Shown: one piece after another, positions 22,881 to 37,321 of the stretch
Position numbering within the stretch: the first letter of the stretch is position 1
Layout of the letters: every line of letters starts with the position of its first letter
NCBI RefSeq assembly: GCF_006345805.1
Contig: NC_043008.1
Coordinates: 71,672,001 to 71,736,000, forward strand
DNA from: Octopus sinensis
Taxonomy: Eukaryota
Direction of reading: 5' to 3'
DNA length: 64,000 bases
Made by a program: the position numbers and the translations under genes
Notes under the pieces: generated by a model
What the model saw: only the letters and a program-made list of their open reading frames with translations
Database searches by the model: none
What the model was told of the DNA's origin: nothing

Positions 22881-23849
22881 AACATTTATGAAGCCTACCA
22901 GATATACAGAAACTGGTTGGTTCATTTGTTTGTGCTCCTTTGGGGGCACAAATTTGAAAGGAAAAATTTCAAATTTTGCCTTGAAAATGATTTTTTACAA
23001 AAGCATGCTGATTGCGAAGAGACAAATGCAGCATTCAAAGAATCTCACGTTCACGCTTCAGATACAAGGAGAGGTGAATACTCAAATCCAAAGTCCATAG
23101 AACTACGCCACTGATATGAGAAGCCGCAATAATAAAAAAGCAAAAACCAAAAAACATTCACAAATGAAACACAGATGTCAAAAGCAATAATACTAGCAAA
23201 GACGGAATAACAAATTGAATGAATGGAAGAGATATCACCGTTGAATGTTCAAAGTTCAGCTGTTATATAATGTCATTACAGCAGCGAGAACACTTGATAT
23301 CGTAGCAACAGCAGCTGCAAAGGAACTGAAAGCAACACCGGCAGCAGCAGCAGGAACAGCAGTAACGACGAAAACAACAGCAACGTCAACAACAATAACA
23401 GCAACCACAACGATAAGATTAGCGACGGTGGTGACACAATAACGGCAATGGCAACATCAGCTGCAGAAACGAAATAACAACAAGAATAACAGGAATAATG
23501 TAAATACCGGAGACTTAAAAACAACGCTCAGAAAATCTTTTGCTGGGATGGAAGCAAAATCAATGCAATTCGTCTCGCTGTCAATAAGTTACAAAGAGAG
23601 AAGGCAAACAGAAGCAAAGCAACTTTTAATGCTAAATGGACGAAAAGTCGAAGTGGCTATTCTACTGGAGTTCGTAGCAACAACTACCCGAAACAATTAT
23701 ATATCACTGAGTGTCATCTAAACTGTTATATATTACTGTGTGTCAGCTAAATCCTAGGGTCTGGAATCTGCAGTACAGGTCCGGGTGAAAAGATTTGGGA
23801 TGGAAGGATCGGTTAAGCTGATCGCGGTTTGGTTTGATTCAGACCTCCA

Positions 23850-24700
23850 CTAGTCTGGACCAGTGACGCGTAAGTTCGTTACTCTCACTCAGAAATAGGC
23901 TGAAAGGTCAAGTGGAGCGGCAAAGGCCTACAACATATCCATTATCAATTGCCCGACTGTAGTGCAATGCCCAGTTTTATATGTTGACCAGAACGGAACG
24001 GTTGCTCTTCCACTTTTTGTGAAGGGATCGTCACTTGCTGCTCAAACTGTCCAGTTGTAGATACTATGACTGATGATCCGCATACATGCACTACAGATAT
24101 AATACCTTCAGTGTTACCTTGGCAGTAAGAAGGTGTAGTCGCCGTTTGTTGGACGCACTTTTTTGCAGTTCGTCTCATTTACAGGGCTGAAGTCCGGTGT
24201 CAGATATAAACCAAAGCAGGGCGCCGAGCATGTTTATTACCATCTGGCCTAACATGTCGATTATCGTCTTCTAGTGATTGAGAAATGCGTCTGGTGGAAT
24301 TTCTACGATATTGTTCTGTAGAGAATTAGTGGAGAGTATGTGCGACGAGTTCTCGGCAAAACTCTGGCCGTCGAAGAAGTTTGGCTGCTCTCTTCCGGAG
24401 GACTTTTGGGCGAGCTTCGCAGTTATACCGGAAGGGCATTGACTCTACAGGAATCGTTGAGCTGTTAGCCGCACCTGCCCGAGATGTGCTTAGAACTACG
24501 AAACCGTTCTGTTTGCACTCGTACTGTGCTTCAGCATTGCTAATTTGTGGCGTTATAGCCAACAGATGTTATCGCATGTAGGACGGATGCAACTATCAAC
24601 CGACACTACCATGAAGCTGCACCAAGGCTATCCTTTGTCTTGTGGGGCAGGCATTTTTTGTCTGCCCAGCGGCTATGGAGAAAGAGGTCATGGCATGGAT
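23850..24700 (+). mobile_element. Decayed Tx1/L1-clade LINE, 3' region
   Basis: GC-richer block. Translates ...AVSRTCPRCA*NYETVLFAL...IANLWRY..QMLSHVGRMQLS, a C-terminal CCHC-like (zf-RVT) region. Confidence 0.65.
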
Positions 24701-25154
24701 GCGATTGAAAGGAATGATGACTGACACTTTTCACTTATGCCCAGCCTTCATCAATTTGCTAAAATTCCATATGGAAAAGAAGGTTAGAGGTGAAAGGAAG
24801 ATGCTACTATAACATTGTTGAAATGCGGCTGAATATGTCGAGGATGATCCGAGTGAGTGGGCCCACACTAAGTTGGCGCCTATAGGCTGAAAAGTAAGGA
24901 TGAAAAAGGAGCACCTCCCAAAGTAGACCTAATGAGTAGGCTGGCTTGGAACCTGCATATTTACTCTCTATTGGGAAATTTACATTTCTTTTTCTTTTTT
25001 ATTTTCTTCGCCGCCCATATTGCCAACAAGGAAAGTTTATTATTATTATTATTATTAATATTATTATTATTATTATTATTATTATATTATTATTATTATT
25101 ATTATTATTATTATCATTATTATCATCATCATTATTATTATTATTATAATTAAG

Positions 25155-25330
25155 CAGGATCGGTAGCACACCAGATAAAATGCTTATCGACATTTCCACC
25201 GAGGTCAACTTTGCTTTTCATGCTTTCGGGTTCGATAAAATAAGTACTGACAGAGCACTGAAGTCCACGTAATCGACTAACACCGTCCCTCCAAAATCTC
25301 AGGCCTTGTGCCTAGTTTAAAAAAAGGATC
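25155..25330 (+). mobile_element. Family E SINE copy
   Basis: GAGGTCAACTTTGCTTTTCATGCTTTCGGGTTCGATAAAATAAGTAC...AGGCCTTGTGCCTAG. Confidence 0.75.
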
Positions 25331-25695
25331 ATTATTGTTGTTATTTTTAATAATATTAATATTATCATAATTACAACTAATAATACAACTAGAACTACTA
25401 TTACTCTATTTCTTTCGGCCACTACAGTTGCAACAGCAGTTACTTGTAACAAAAACAACCACAATTCCTACTACTAATAATATTACACTAACCACGATGC
25501 TCACCAACATTAACATAAAACATGCCCGAAACACCAAAAACAAATGATACATTACATCTATGTTAGAACATGTAATTAATTTAGACATTATAACTTTATA
25601 ACGTTTAATTAATTTGTTTTATTTCTGGAATTGACTATCAATTACAATTACTTTCGCTTATCAAAACAAACGCAAAATAATTCGCAATAATACAC

Positions 25696-25727
<32 letters not shown>

Positions 25728-25760
25728 GTATGCATGTATGAATGAATGCATTTATGTATG

Positions 25761-25815
<55 letters not shown>

Positions 25816-26539
25816 CATATATAATACATATATATGATACATATGCATATATATGTAGGTATATACATCTGTTTATTTATGTGTATGTATGTAAGTATGT
25901 ATATATATATATTGCATGCATGTATGTAGGTATCTATGAATGCAAATATATATTTGGATGTGTATGTATGTATGTATTAATAAATGTATATGAGCTGTTA
26001 GATGTGATAATAACACCACCTAATTGTATAATTAGAATTAGCAATATTGCGCATTAGAATAAGGTTATTGAACAATTTACAGAATTTTATGATAGTTTTG
26101 TGGGTTTTTTTTTGTTCATATGTTTATTTTCCTTCAATAAACTAATTTGGAACATATATTTAATGAAGAATATATGGGCAGTTATAATTCGATATACAGG
26201 CACATACATACATATACACATACACAGAAATGCACACGTGTGTTATCTTTATCATTAAATCAAAATAATCAGTTATATGTTACCGTTTTTTGCTCGAAAT
26301 GCGTTTTGAAACAGACATATATGATGGAATATTTTATTTTAATAAAATACATGATGTTATTCTCCTTGTCTAACCTTCCCTTTCTACACGCACGAACACA
26401 CAGACACACACATGCACACATGTACTCACACACACACTCACACACATACATACAAGCAAGTATTTATATGTGTCTATATATATGTGTATATATATATATA
26501 TATATATAGGTAAACAGTAAAAATAATTACAGACATGGA

Positions 26540-27010
26540 CAAGAACATGAAACACCACAGAGACGACACAAGAACCACAGGACGGGACATTCGAAGCCCT
26601 CAGTCATCAGTCAAGAACCAGATCATCTTAGCAATTTCGGCTGATTAATCTTGAGATTGCTCCGATATGGCCAGCCCGCCAAGGGAAATCTAAGCCAAGC
26701 GCATTAGATCCCCTGGAAGAAAGCTTCGAATGTATACAACACGAGGACGGAAAACGAACGAAGTACACGAACAAAAATACAGAATACGTGACACCAATAA
26801 GAATACAAAAACGTAAAAACAATAACGGTAAAAATAAAAAATAAACAACAAAACAAAACCAGGACGTAGGACAAGGGTCTTTCGACAGGACGAGTTGAGT
26901 ATGGGGCTGGCTTGTGAAGTTGTGCCTAATGGCCGCAGGGAGACGAACAAATACGTGTTGCTTCTGCGACTGCTGGAACGAAAAGAGCGCTCAACAGCGG
27001 CTAGCGGTCA
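26540..27010. other. GC-richer non-coding block, probably an unclassified interspersed repeat
   Basis: Sharp compositional boundaries against flanking microsatellites. No second copy in this window and no convincing ORF. Confidence 0.3.
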
Positions 27011-27137
27011 CGTGAGAACAAAAGACAGGAGAAAGGGACAGATGAAAAGAGAGAGAAGGTGGACGAGGGAGGAGAAGAAAGAGACAGATCGAGGGGGCTG
27101 GAGGTGAGAGAGATAGAGAAACGTAGAAGGGGGGGAA

Positions 27138-27183
<46 letters not shown>

Positions 27184-27729
27184 AGTCTGTTTGAATTTAT
27201 GTACACATATATACATATAGAGTTTAACTCATACATGAATATAAATATATGTATACACACAAGCATGATCATTATAGATATATGTATCTATAGGTATGTT
27301 TACATATATGCTTACTTACATTCAAATACATGCATATAAAAATATATAAAAACATATATATATATATACACATATATGTGTATATGTGTATACACCCATA
27401 TACATACTGCAATTTTGCAGTTTGAGGGATAACTTCAAATGCTAGTTAAGCGTTTTGTTTTATTAAATATACGATTTTCAACTTCTGTCGGAAAATTGCT
27501 TGTGGTTGCACAATTGTAAAGAAGAAATATAGATTTTTATCTCTCATTTGTTATAAAAATAGCATCGCATTGTTTACGAAATATATCTGTGGTTCCTTGA
27601 GTTTACATTAAATCCTTTTGTTAGAAAATCGTTGAAGATGTGGTAGAGGATATCGGAATTATAATGAAAAATTTTATAAATTGTTAGCTAATGAAAATGC
27701 TTAATATTGGTTGAAAAGTTTGGCGCAAG

Positions 27730-27880
27730 GCCAGCAAGATCAATTATGTGGAACCCAGTACTCAATTAGTACTTATTTCATCGACCATGAAATGATGAAA
27801 GGCATAGTCGACATCGGTAGAATTTGACCTCAGAAATTAAAAATAGACGGAAACGCCCGGCATGCTAGTGATTCCGCCAG
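27730..27880 (-). mobile_element. Decayed family E SINE
   Basis: TCGACCATGAAATGATGAAAGGCATAGTCGACATCGG...GCCCGGCATGCTAG. Confidence 0.7.
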
Positions 27881-29344
27881 TTTCTTCCACCCCTTAGTGT
27901 GAGGGTTAATATTGCTAGGATAAACAATTTGTAAGAAGTTGAAAAAAATAGTTAGTTTAAATGACTCAGCTATCAAAGATTACACTCATGTTATAAAATT
28001 TTGATACATACTCTTTCCTTTCTCAAGCATTGAATCTTCCTCTAGGATTAAAATATTGAAGCAATTTCGCGAAATGAATTTGGTGCCAGCGATATTGAAA
28101 ATAGCATCATAACATAAGGGTTAACATTTTTCTGTTCTTTCTGCTTTCTACAATAGTAATTTTTTATTCTGATTACTCATTCGCTGAGCGCTTTTGTTGC
28201 AAATGATGTTTTTTCCTTTAGTTATATTTTATGTTGCATCGTTGGTTTCCAAGATAATAACCAAAATGAAAGAGTGAAAAACAGCAACAAATTAATATCA
28301 TATTGTAATGCATACTAAACTTAAATCAATCGACTCGTTTCTTTCATACAAAAGACAGGGCCTAAAGAGTTTTCCCTAAATTTCATTCCTAATCCTAAAT
28401 GAAATCATAACTAAAGCAGTTAATATCAGACATCAAGCCCCCATCCATGCGATAACGTTTCCAATAATATAAAAGTCAAAAAATGAAATTCAGAAAATTG
28501 TATAAAGCTGATCAATTTTTTCGTAAATTTCATGATTCATCGCAAATGATAGAAATCTTAAGTGACTTTAAGAAGATACAATTTTATGTGCTGTTAAAGG
28601 TTTCGCCAAGCATCAAGGGAATGTCGACAGAGACGTAAAGGGAACGTCGGCAGAGACGTAATATCTGCTCACTGAAACAAATATTTTTTTCTGTTTACCT
28701 CAACAAGCAAATCTTAACGACGATGAACAAGGTCGTTCAATGTACATAGAGATGCTGCCAAATATCCCCCAAACGAGCAACTCCATTGTTCAAAGCTCTA
28801 TATGTGTGTGTATGCGTTTGGGTGTTTGGGAGTATGCGTTTGCTCGCGCGTGTGTGTGTGTTTGTGTGTGTGTATGTTTATGTGTCTGTGTGTAAGCATG
28901 CATATATATATGTATACTAGGCGTAAAAATCCAGAATATAAAAACCTGAAAGAAACAACACAAGTGGGCGATACTTGTTACATAAAAGTATATTTCCCAA
29001 CACGTGTAACGCTATGAGAGAATGCTATGAACTCTGAACTCTGTATGAAGTTACACTACAAGTTTAGAAAGTACTCAAAGAAATGCTTTAAAACAACACC
29101 ATTTACAAGATCTCTTGAAAACACTTGGCTTTACAGAATAAATAACTCTGTTTACTAATACAAAGAACATCAACGATATAAGAAAGGTAACGTTTTTGAG
29201 AAATTTAGATTGAAATACTTTAAACATAAGAGACACCACATGTTAAATTTTATAACGACTGAAGTCATTAATAGCTTCAATTGTTTGAACTACTCGTCAT
29301 CTTCACCTTGATCATCATTAATTATCATCATCGTTGTCGTTGTT

Positions 29345-30850
29345 ATCTTGCACAAGGCAGAAGTGTCTGCCACTTGAGGGCCTACCCTTTGAGCGTTATT
29401 TTGACATGCAGACATATACGGAGATCTTTTGGATCATGTCAATCACAACTGGCAGCAGAACGTGAGTATCCCAACTGCTTTGAGACGCAGCCTGGTGGTG
29501 CTGCTGTTGAAGGGGCGTAATTGGGGTTGCAAATAGATAATTTTAGGCCCGTAAATCTCAAGGCTTTGAACAAGGTGCGCGAAAGAGGTTTGGGCTTGTA
29601 GTCTATAAACTGGTCCATGACATGCCGGTATGCGCTATCCGAAGCAGACCTATCCGCAACAACCTCCACCTCATACATTACATCATAGAGAGGGTAGATA
29701 CAGAACTTTACATGGGCAGGGCCCTGATAAATTTGGATCAATCAAAAGCTTTTGATTGAGTCGACTACCAATACTTGGATGCAGCCCTGTCCTTAGAAGC
29801 TGGATCGCTGAAATGTACAACGACATCTACTCAGTGGTTAACGTAAATGGTCACCTATCGGAATCGTTCAGCATCGCATAATCGGTCTGTCACAGATGTC
29901 CATTTTCACCCATTCTGAACGTAAACGCTCTCGAGCCATTGCTACAGAATTTGAGTGTTTGAGAGACATCCCGCATAAAAGTTGTGGAAATTTTCTGTCG
30001 GTTTATGTGTAGTGTAGAACATCTTGGAAATCAAGGAGGTCAGCACTACCCTAAGGAATTACGAAGCAAACACAGGAACAAATATTAAGTAGAAGTTGGT
30101 AGGCCTGCAGCACAGCAGGCGGTGATGCAGGTCCATGCAAGTAGACAGCGTTGTAGGGAGCTGGACAGAAGGAATAGTCGATATGCTCATAATCTGATTT
30201 AGTCCGTACATAATGGTTGACAAGAACTGAAGAGAGGTGACAAGTAGGTTGGCTAATACCAACCAGAAATATCCAGAGAGGAAGCTGTTCCTGAAATTTC
30301 GGACAGAAGTAGCGATTGCATACATTATTTCCATCATCAACTACCACCTGACCGCCATCCCTTACCCAGCATCATGGCTGATCAAGCTAGAATGCTTGCT
30401 CTTCTGCTTTTTGTGGAAGAGGCATGTTTTGCTTGTAAGACTACTATCAGCAGTCGCAGAGTCTAGGACTGGGCACGTCATAGTAAATGATGCACAGACA
30501 TGCACACAGGCTGCGACTTTTCCAGCGTTTCATTTACGGTTAGCAGGTGTGATCACCCTTTGTCAATCAGAATTTTTCGCAGCTCGTCTCATTGATGGAT
30601 ATACAGTCCTGGATCAAGTGTAGACCGAGAATGGGCACTTGGCACCTGCACTGTTGCAAGCGATCACAGCCCTCTGTCAGTCGGGCAATTCGGCCGGTGG
30701 AGGTTTCATTTGGGAATTCTATAGATGATTAGTGGCAGGAAAGTGCGATTACATCCTCGAGTTAATTGGGAACGTCGGAAGGGATAAATTAATTGCACTT
30801 TTCTAGAACAGTTTTGGGCCGAGGCCTATGGAAAATTTGCACTAATCCCT
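29345..30850 (+). mobile_element. Decayed Tx1/L1-clade LINE, reverse transcriptase region
   Basis: Peptides IDNFRPV, IRNNLHLI.YIIERV, ALINLDQSKAFD*VDYQYL and SVCHRCPFSPIL (QGCPLSP-like). DNA homology to 55490-55770. Confidence 0.85.
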
Positions 30851-31789
30851 GGCCTAGCAGTGCAGCCGGGGTGGGGAAGCTCTACTGATTCGATTACACT
30901 CAACTGGCACGGAAGTGCTGTTAGACGGTCGTGGGGATGAAACCCTTTGGCATGCTATTTCGTTGTTATTAATGTTATTGTCATTGTTATAGTTTGCTAT
31001 TCTTCTTATTATATCAGAAATGTTCGTCAGAATTTGTGTGGGAGAATTGAATATTGTTTTGTTAGATTTCAAATATGACGTTTTAGGTTATTGTGATAAA
31101 TAACCTCAGAGCCGATCAGCACGAACACAGGTTATGCATTAATTATAAGTACTAATAACCAGTAAATTTTACACATATTAAACAATTATCAATCAAAACC
31201 CCCGCTCATTTTTGCATCATTAGGTTCTTTATTATTGAAAAGTGTGAATTTATTTTGGATCATCTTAACGTGATTTCAAGAACGTGAAACGCTTCTACCT
31301 TCGCTCCTTCTTCTTACCTACTTCGTTTTTATATTTGCTTCCCTACACTTCTCTGCTGGCCAACTTTTAGCGCATGTCGGACGCATCAGGTTATTCACGG
31401 AAACTGTCAAATACACAATTATTTTCTTTTTTTTTTTTTTTTGGTAAAGAAGAATGGACAGTTTTCCCTAATAGAGTTGTTACAATGAAACGAGCTACAT
31501 ATTAAGCGAGGTGAAAACAGATTTTCTCCTGAAGACAAGCCTACCGTCAAGTTTTCATTACCACTTCAGGAGGAAATTAAGTGTTACATTTGACGCAAGA
31601 CAGTGACAGCTAGCTATTTGCGGTATCTAAATGGACCGTCGCAAACTACGTGACTATATGTTCAATGAAAATCTTGGTGGAGAGCCTTGTAAACGGTGAT
31701 TCATCGTAATTCTTGACCCTGTGTAAATATATATATATATATATATATATATAAGGCTTATAAGAATTGATCGAAATTGTGTTTACGAC

Positions 31790-32635
31790 TTTTCGAATTG
31801 ATAAGAGAATAGTGGGAGAAGAAAGACGTAGTAGAACGATGGTCTACAGCTGAACGTATCTATTTACCTAAAGAGAGGGAGGCAAAATCACTAGGGTAAT
31901 ATCAATACGAAGAATATGTATGGAATTATTGCCAGGAGAAGCATAATTTTCATACAGCATAGCGGGTATGTTAATGAAGCAATCCGGAAGGCAGGGAACC
32001 TTGGAATCCATGGATGCACAGAGCATGCATTTGGCATCTGGGAAACTAAACAAGAGTGCAAAACAACTTAAGAAAAACCTTACATTACATGGCTAGATCT
32101 TGCCAATGCATATGGATCTGTTGTACATGCATTAATTCAAGCAGCTATGGACTTCTTTTGAATTCCAGTTGTTCAACGAATGGTGATGTGTTATACGATA
32201 AATTGAGGATGAGATTTACAGCAGGAGAGTTCACAACAGAGAGGCAACGGCTAGAAGTAGGTATTGCAGCTGGATGCACCATATCAGTGCACTTATATGT
32301 AACACCAGAAAACTGTGAGAAAGCTGTTACAAATCGCCATTAAGGGCTTTTGTGAACGACATTACTGTATTATCAGAAGTAGAGAACCAGCAAATAGAAC
32401 GTTAGCGCGTTTGGACGAAGTAATAGAATGGGCAAGAAGGAAAGGGGTCCAAAAACAAATGTTCAGGGTAGGAAGCGAAGATATACCAGTGGTGAAAGAA
32501 CAACCAGTAAAATGTCACAGCAGATGGTACAAAGATTTATTAAACGATAAGAAGTAAAGCAAAGAAACACACGTTTTAGTGGAACAGACGCTAAAGGCAA
32601 TTGAGAGGACAAGATTACCGGAGAAATTCAATGCC
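31790..32635 (+). mobile_element. HERO/R2-like RLE LINE, RT-domain fragment
   Basis: Peptides GCTEHA..IWE, ITWLDLANAYGSV.HALIQAAMDFF, MRFTAGEFTTERQRLEVGIAAGCTISV, LRAFVNDITVL and FRVGSEDIPVVKEQPVK. Confidence 0.8.
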
Positions 32636-32809
32636 AAAAATTGATAACCACAATGAATATCTGGCCAGTTGCGGTGATCAGATATAGTGCGACCACCCTC
32701 AAATGGACTAAGGAAGAAATAATATCTGTCTAAGGTCCTTGTTGAGACTTGACAGATGACAAAAGACTCCGGTGCATTTCTATCTACACTGTGTTACGAA
32801 GGAATAATA

Positions 32810-32836
32810 ATAATGATAATAATAATAATAATAATA

Positions 32837-32873
<37 letters not shown>

Positions 32874-32883
32874 GTAAAAAATA

Positions 32884-32921
<38 letters not shown>

Positions 32922-32944
32922 TAATAATAATAACAACAACAACG

Positions 32945-33017
<73 letters not shown>

Positions 33018-33022
33018 TAATA
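32810..33022. repeat. Long imperfect (AAT)n tract
   Basis: Directly visible; abuts the 5' end of the R4/Dong-like fragment. Confidence 0.95.
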
Positions 33023-33029
33023 TTTTTAT

Positions 33030-34800
33030 AGTATTTCCAGCAGATGGATCATAGAAACACTGGCCATGAATAAGGAAATACCTATAATCATAAAATATAT
33101 AAAACGTTCCATGAATAAGTGGTCAACAGTGCTATTGCTCCAGACAAAAGAGGAACTCATAGAAACCACAGCCATTTCCATTAGAAGAGGAATATTCCAG
33201 GGAGACACGTTCTCTCCCCTCCTGTTTTGTTTGACACTGACACCTTTATCTGACATAGTAAACATATCTGAATGTGGATAGATCTGTTAAAACAAAACAA
33301 TCAACCATCTCTTTTATATGGATGTTTTAAAACTGTATACTGCAAATTATAAACAGCTGGAAACAGTACTACAGACAGTACATGGATTTACCAAAGAAAT
33401 AAACATGAAATTTATCTTAGAAAAATGTTCCAAAGCAATCTTGAAAATAGGAAAGCCAGTTAAGAGTAACAACATCATACTAGATAAAGCAAATGAAAAA
33501 GGCCTACAAATACTTGGAAATCAAAGAAGTAGATACGATACAAGACACACAAAAGAAAGAGAAGATAAGAAAGGAATACTATTGACGAGTTAGATTAATA
33601 TTGAAAAGAGATCTCAATGAGAAAAACAAGATAATGATTATCAGCACTCTAGCCGTTCCAAATATAAATTGCAGCTACAATATTCTTAACTGGATTCTAA
33701 ATGAACTAATTAAAATAGACAGGAAAACAAGAAAAATAATTACAAGATTTAGGATGCACCACCAACAATCGGCCATGCAAGGGTTATATATACCTAGTGT
33801 CGAAGGTGATAGAGGCCTTATACAGCTAGTAAACTATTACAAAATAACCAACATAGGATTACAGAAATACGTACAGCAGAAGCAAGGGAAACTAATACAA
33901 ATTGCCACAAAACACGAACAAAACAAAAACTTGTTTTCTCTCTTTAAGGAACCTGAAAAATACAAAAAAGAAGTCATAGTACCTAACAACTATCTAGAAA
34001 AAGGAGAAACGACAACAGCTGGAAAACTAAAACTGAAACATCAACGTGTCATGATAAAACGATAGTAAGAAAATCCCCTATATGTCAAATATTGGGTCAA
34101 GCTAAGCAGAAAAGAAATAGACAAAGCAAAATTCCAACAATGGTTGAGAAGCTCAGGACTCAAAGCAGAGACTGAAAGATTTTTAATTGCAGCATAAGAT
34201 CAAAACCTTCCCACCAGAAATCTCCAAATACATGTAATGAAAGGTAACTGCAGAATGTGTCGTGATGGGAAGAAACAATAAATCATATTGTTTCTAGCTA
34301 CCCAGTCCTGGCTAAGGAGAAATATATTTAGGGACAAGACAGAGTTGGGACCTATATACATTGGAAGCTATGCCAATACTATGGAATAACATCAGATAAA
34401 AGATAATATAGGCACAACCCAGAAATGGTCACAGAAAATAATAAAGCAACCATACTTTGGGATATGTCGATGCACACAAATAAAGAAATCAAGGCTAATA
34501 CGCCGCATATAGTTGTCATAAATTATCAAGAATAAAGTGCTTTCTAAACAATGTATCAATATCAACAGGTGACAATGTTTGTCTAAAAGAAACGGAGAAA
34601 GTTTCAAATAGCAAATATCTGGAAACTGAGGTAATTCGGATGTGGAGCCTAAAAACAGAAGCAATTCCTATTATAGTAGACGCATTAGGTTGGAAGAAAA
34701 ACATTCAGACAAATACATAACAAATATACCGGACTTACAAGTATATATAACTTCGAGAAAATAGCACCACTGGGCAAACACATGACATATTATATGCAAT
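33030..34800 (+). mobile_element. 5'-truncated R4/Dong-like RLE LINE (RT through endonuclease), frameshifted
   Basis: ISIRRGIFQGDTFSPLLFCL, HL.YMD.LKLY, RGLIQL, WLRSSGLKAETE, a CRMC..CCHC-like region, LWDMSMHT.KEI.AN.PHIV and IPIIVDALG. Confidence 0.88.
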
Positions 34801-34868
34801 AAATATCTAACAAAATAAGAAATACTCTGAAGAGTTTTTGCTCCACCACCAGCACCAGCACCACCACC

Positions 34869-34899
<31 letters not shown>

Positions 34900-34921
34900 C
34901 CCCACCACCACCACCACCACC

Positions 34922-34992
<71 letters not shown>

Positions 34993-34993
<1 letters not shown>

Positions 34994-35240
34994 TTCAGGG
35001 ACCGTTTGAGCGGGATGGGCTGCTCAACCTGAAGAAAATTCTAACTGGGCCCCACCTGCAAGGTCATGTGCTGTTTATCTTGATATGAGATCACCATGTC
35101 GTGCACATGTGGTTGTGATGCATGTGCCTGGTGTACCCTTATCAGACGGGTAGTCATGATGGGTATATTGGGTTTCGTATATTTTACCCCAGTGTCACTT
35201 TGATGGCATGAACTGTTCTCTCACTCAATAATAATAATAA
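34993..35240 (+). mobile_element. Family F 3' half, (AAT)n on both sides
   Basis: Starts after (AAT)n at about 34990 and ends CTCTCACTCAATAATAATAAT. Confidence 0.85.
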
Positions 35241-35244
35241 CAAT

Positions 35245-36240
35245 AAAGAAAAGATGGAGGCCGTAGAATTTTACAACTGGCATTAACAATGAAGATTGCT
35301 ACAATTGGCCTAGACACCTACCTGAAAAACTCTGAGGACTGGATGTTAAAACTTGTCTCAAAACATGAAAACAAGAAAGAATCATACTCTATAAGAAAAC
35401 ACGCAAAGGAATATCTAAGTGAATTCCGAATGCAACAAATTCCATAATTAGACGTACTAGAATCAAACTCAGTAAAACCCAAGTGCATGAAAACCCGTGC
35501 TAAAACTGTTGCTTTAGATATTCTGACTGATAAATGGCAAGAAAAATCTCTCAATGGAAAATACCCAAAGAGAGGGAATAAAGCCGATGTTGACAAAGCC
35601 CTTTCCCGTCAATGGCTAATGGCTTCTGGCTTAAAATCAGAAACAGAAGGTTTTATCATAGCAGCCCCAAATCAATCCCTACCTACAAGGAACTACGAGG
35701 CCAACATATTGAAGAACGGCAGCTCCCCAATATATCGTGTATGTCAACAACAAAATGAGACCATTGCTCATGTTGTCTCAACGTGCAGTTTTCGTGCGCC
35801 TACAGAGCATCACAAAAGGCATGATAGGACAGCATGATATATTCACTAGGTAATTTGAAAAAACCAGGATCTGCCCCATGATAAAAACTGGTGGGAACAC
35901 AAATCACCCCCAGTGCCTGAAAATGATCACATCTCACTCCTCTGGAGCTTCACCATTCAAACTGACAGGACGATAGATGCAAATAGGCCAGACATCATAT
36001 TGAAACACTTCAGACAAAAAATATGCCTCCTCATTGATATGACTGTCGCAATCGATATAAACGTATATGTCAAGACCTACCAAAAACTGAGCAAGTATCT
36101 CGAAATAGAAATTAGCAAAATGTGGAACCTGAAGACTAAAACAATACCTTTTGTCCTAAGTGCTCAAGGAATGATAGCTACCTAGCTCAGATACGAGGAA
36201 ACCCCAAAATACAATAATAATTTCTACTACAAGCACAAGG
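35245..36240 (+). mobile_element. Second R4/Dong-like LINE 3' fragment
   Basis: WQEKSLNGKYP, WLMASGLKSETEGFIIAA, RVCQQQNETIAHVVSTC...RHDR, IQTDRTIDANRPDIILK...LLIDMTV. Confidence 0.88.
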
Positions 36241-36422
36241 CCTGAAATTTTGCGAGGGGATTAGATTGACCGCACTGTTTCACTTGTACCTAATTTATTG
36301 ACCCCGAAAGAATGAATGGAAAAGTCGACCTCAGATGAATTTGAACTCTGAACGTAAATACAGGCGACATGCCGCTAAGCATTTTCTCCGGCGTGCTATC
36401 AATTCTGCTACCTCGCCGCCTT
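36240..36422 (-). mobile_element. Family E SINE
   Basis: GACCCCGAAAGAATGAATGGAAAAGTCGACCTCAGATGAATTTGAACTC...CTACCTCGCCGCCT. Confidence 0.8.
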
Positions 36423-37321
36423 AATAATAATAACAATAATAATAATATCACTAATATCACCACCACTATTGAAATGACTACTGGAAGTTCATCACTAGTA
36501 TTTCTATAATTAGTAATTATTGTCTGAGAATTAGTCATACCAACTATTGCTTCCACTGCCAATTATTGACTTCATATACATATAAAAAATTATTAATATC
36601 GTTATCAATATTAAGATAATGAAGATAGTGATGGTGGTGATAATGATGAACATGATGATAGTAGTGGTGAGGATGATGGTAGTGGGGTTGATGATGGTTG
36701 TGGCGATAATGATGATGGTTACGATGACGTTTTCATCGTCAGGTCAACACTATAATTGGTATTATGATTGTTGTTGTTGTTATTAATCTTATGCCATTTG
36801 TTTGATATTCTTGAAAGATATATCGATTTTATCTGAGAGGCATAGTTCGATGTTTCCTTCTTTGAATCAAAGGCTATGTTCGTCTTCTGAATTATCTTGA
36901 TATATGCAGCAAGAGATAACGAAAGAATATACTAGTAATTATTAATATGTCTTTGTTTAGTGCGTTCGAGTATAGACAATTGAGAGAGAATATAGTCTAA
37001 CTTTATGTCCGGTAGTCTTTCTGAAAAGCAACACCAACAAGGGCATGAAATCATTGCATATGTCTATATAACTCAAAGGGACAACTTAAATGCTTTCTGG
37101 TAGGTCAACCAGCCAACAATATTGGAACACACATGTTGACTTATGAACAAATATATAAACACTGGAAGACATATAAAATGCTAAAATACTTTCTCTCTCT
37201 CTCCCCATCTCTCTCTCATACAAGTACGCAAACACACAGACACACAAAACATGCATATATATATATATATTATGCATATATATATATATATCTTTTATTT
37301 TCATATTTCATTTATCTCAAC

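Noticed and set aside
26575-26615. Minus-strand CTGATGA...CGAATGTC motif
   Set aside because: No A15.1-U16.1 pair and no helix I complementarity.
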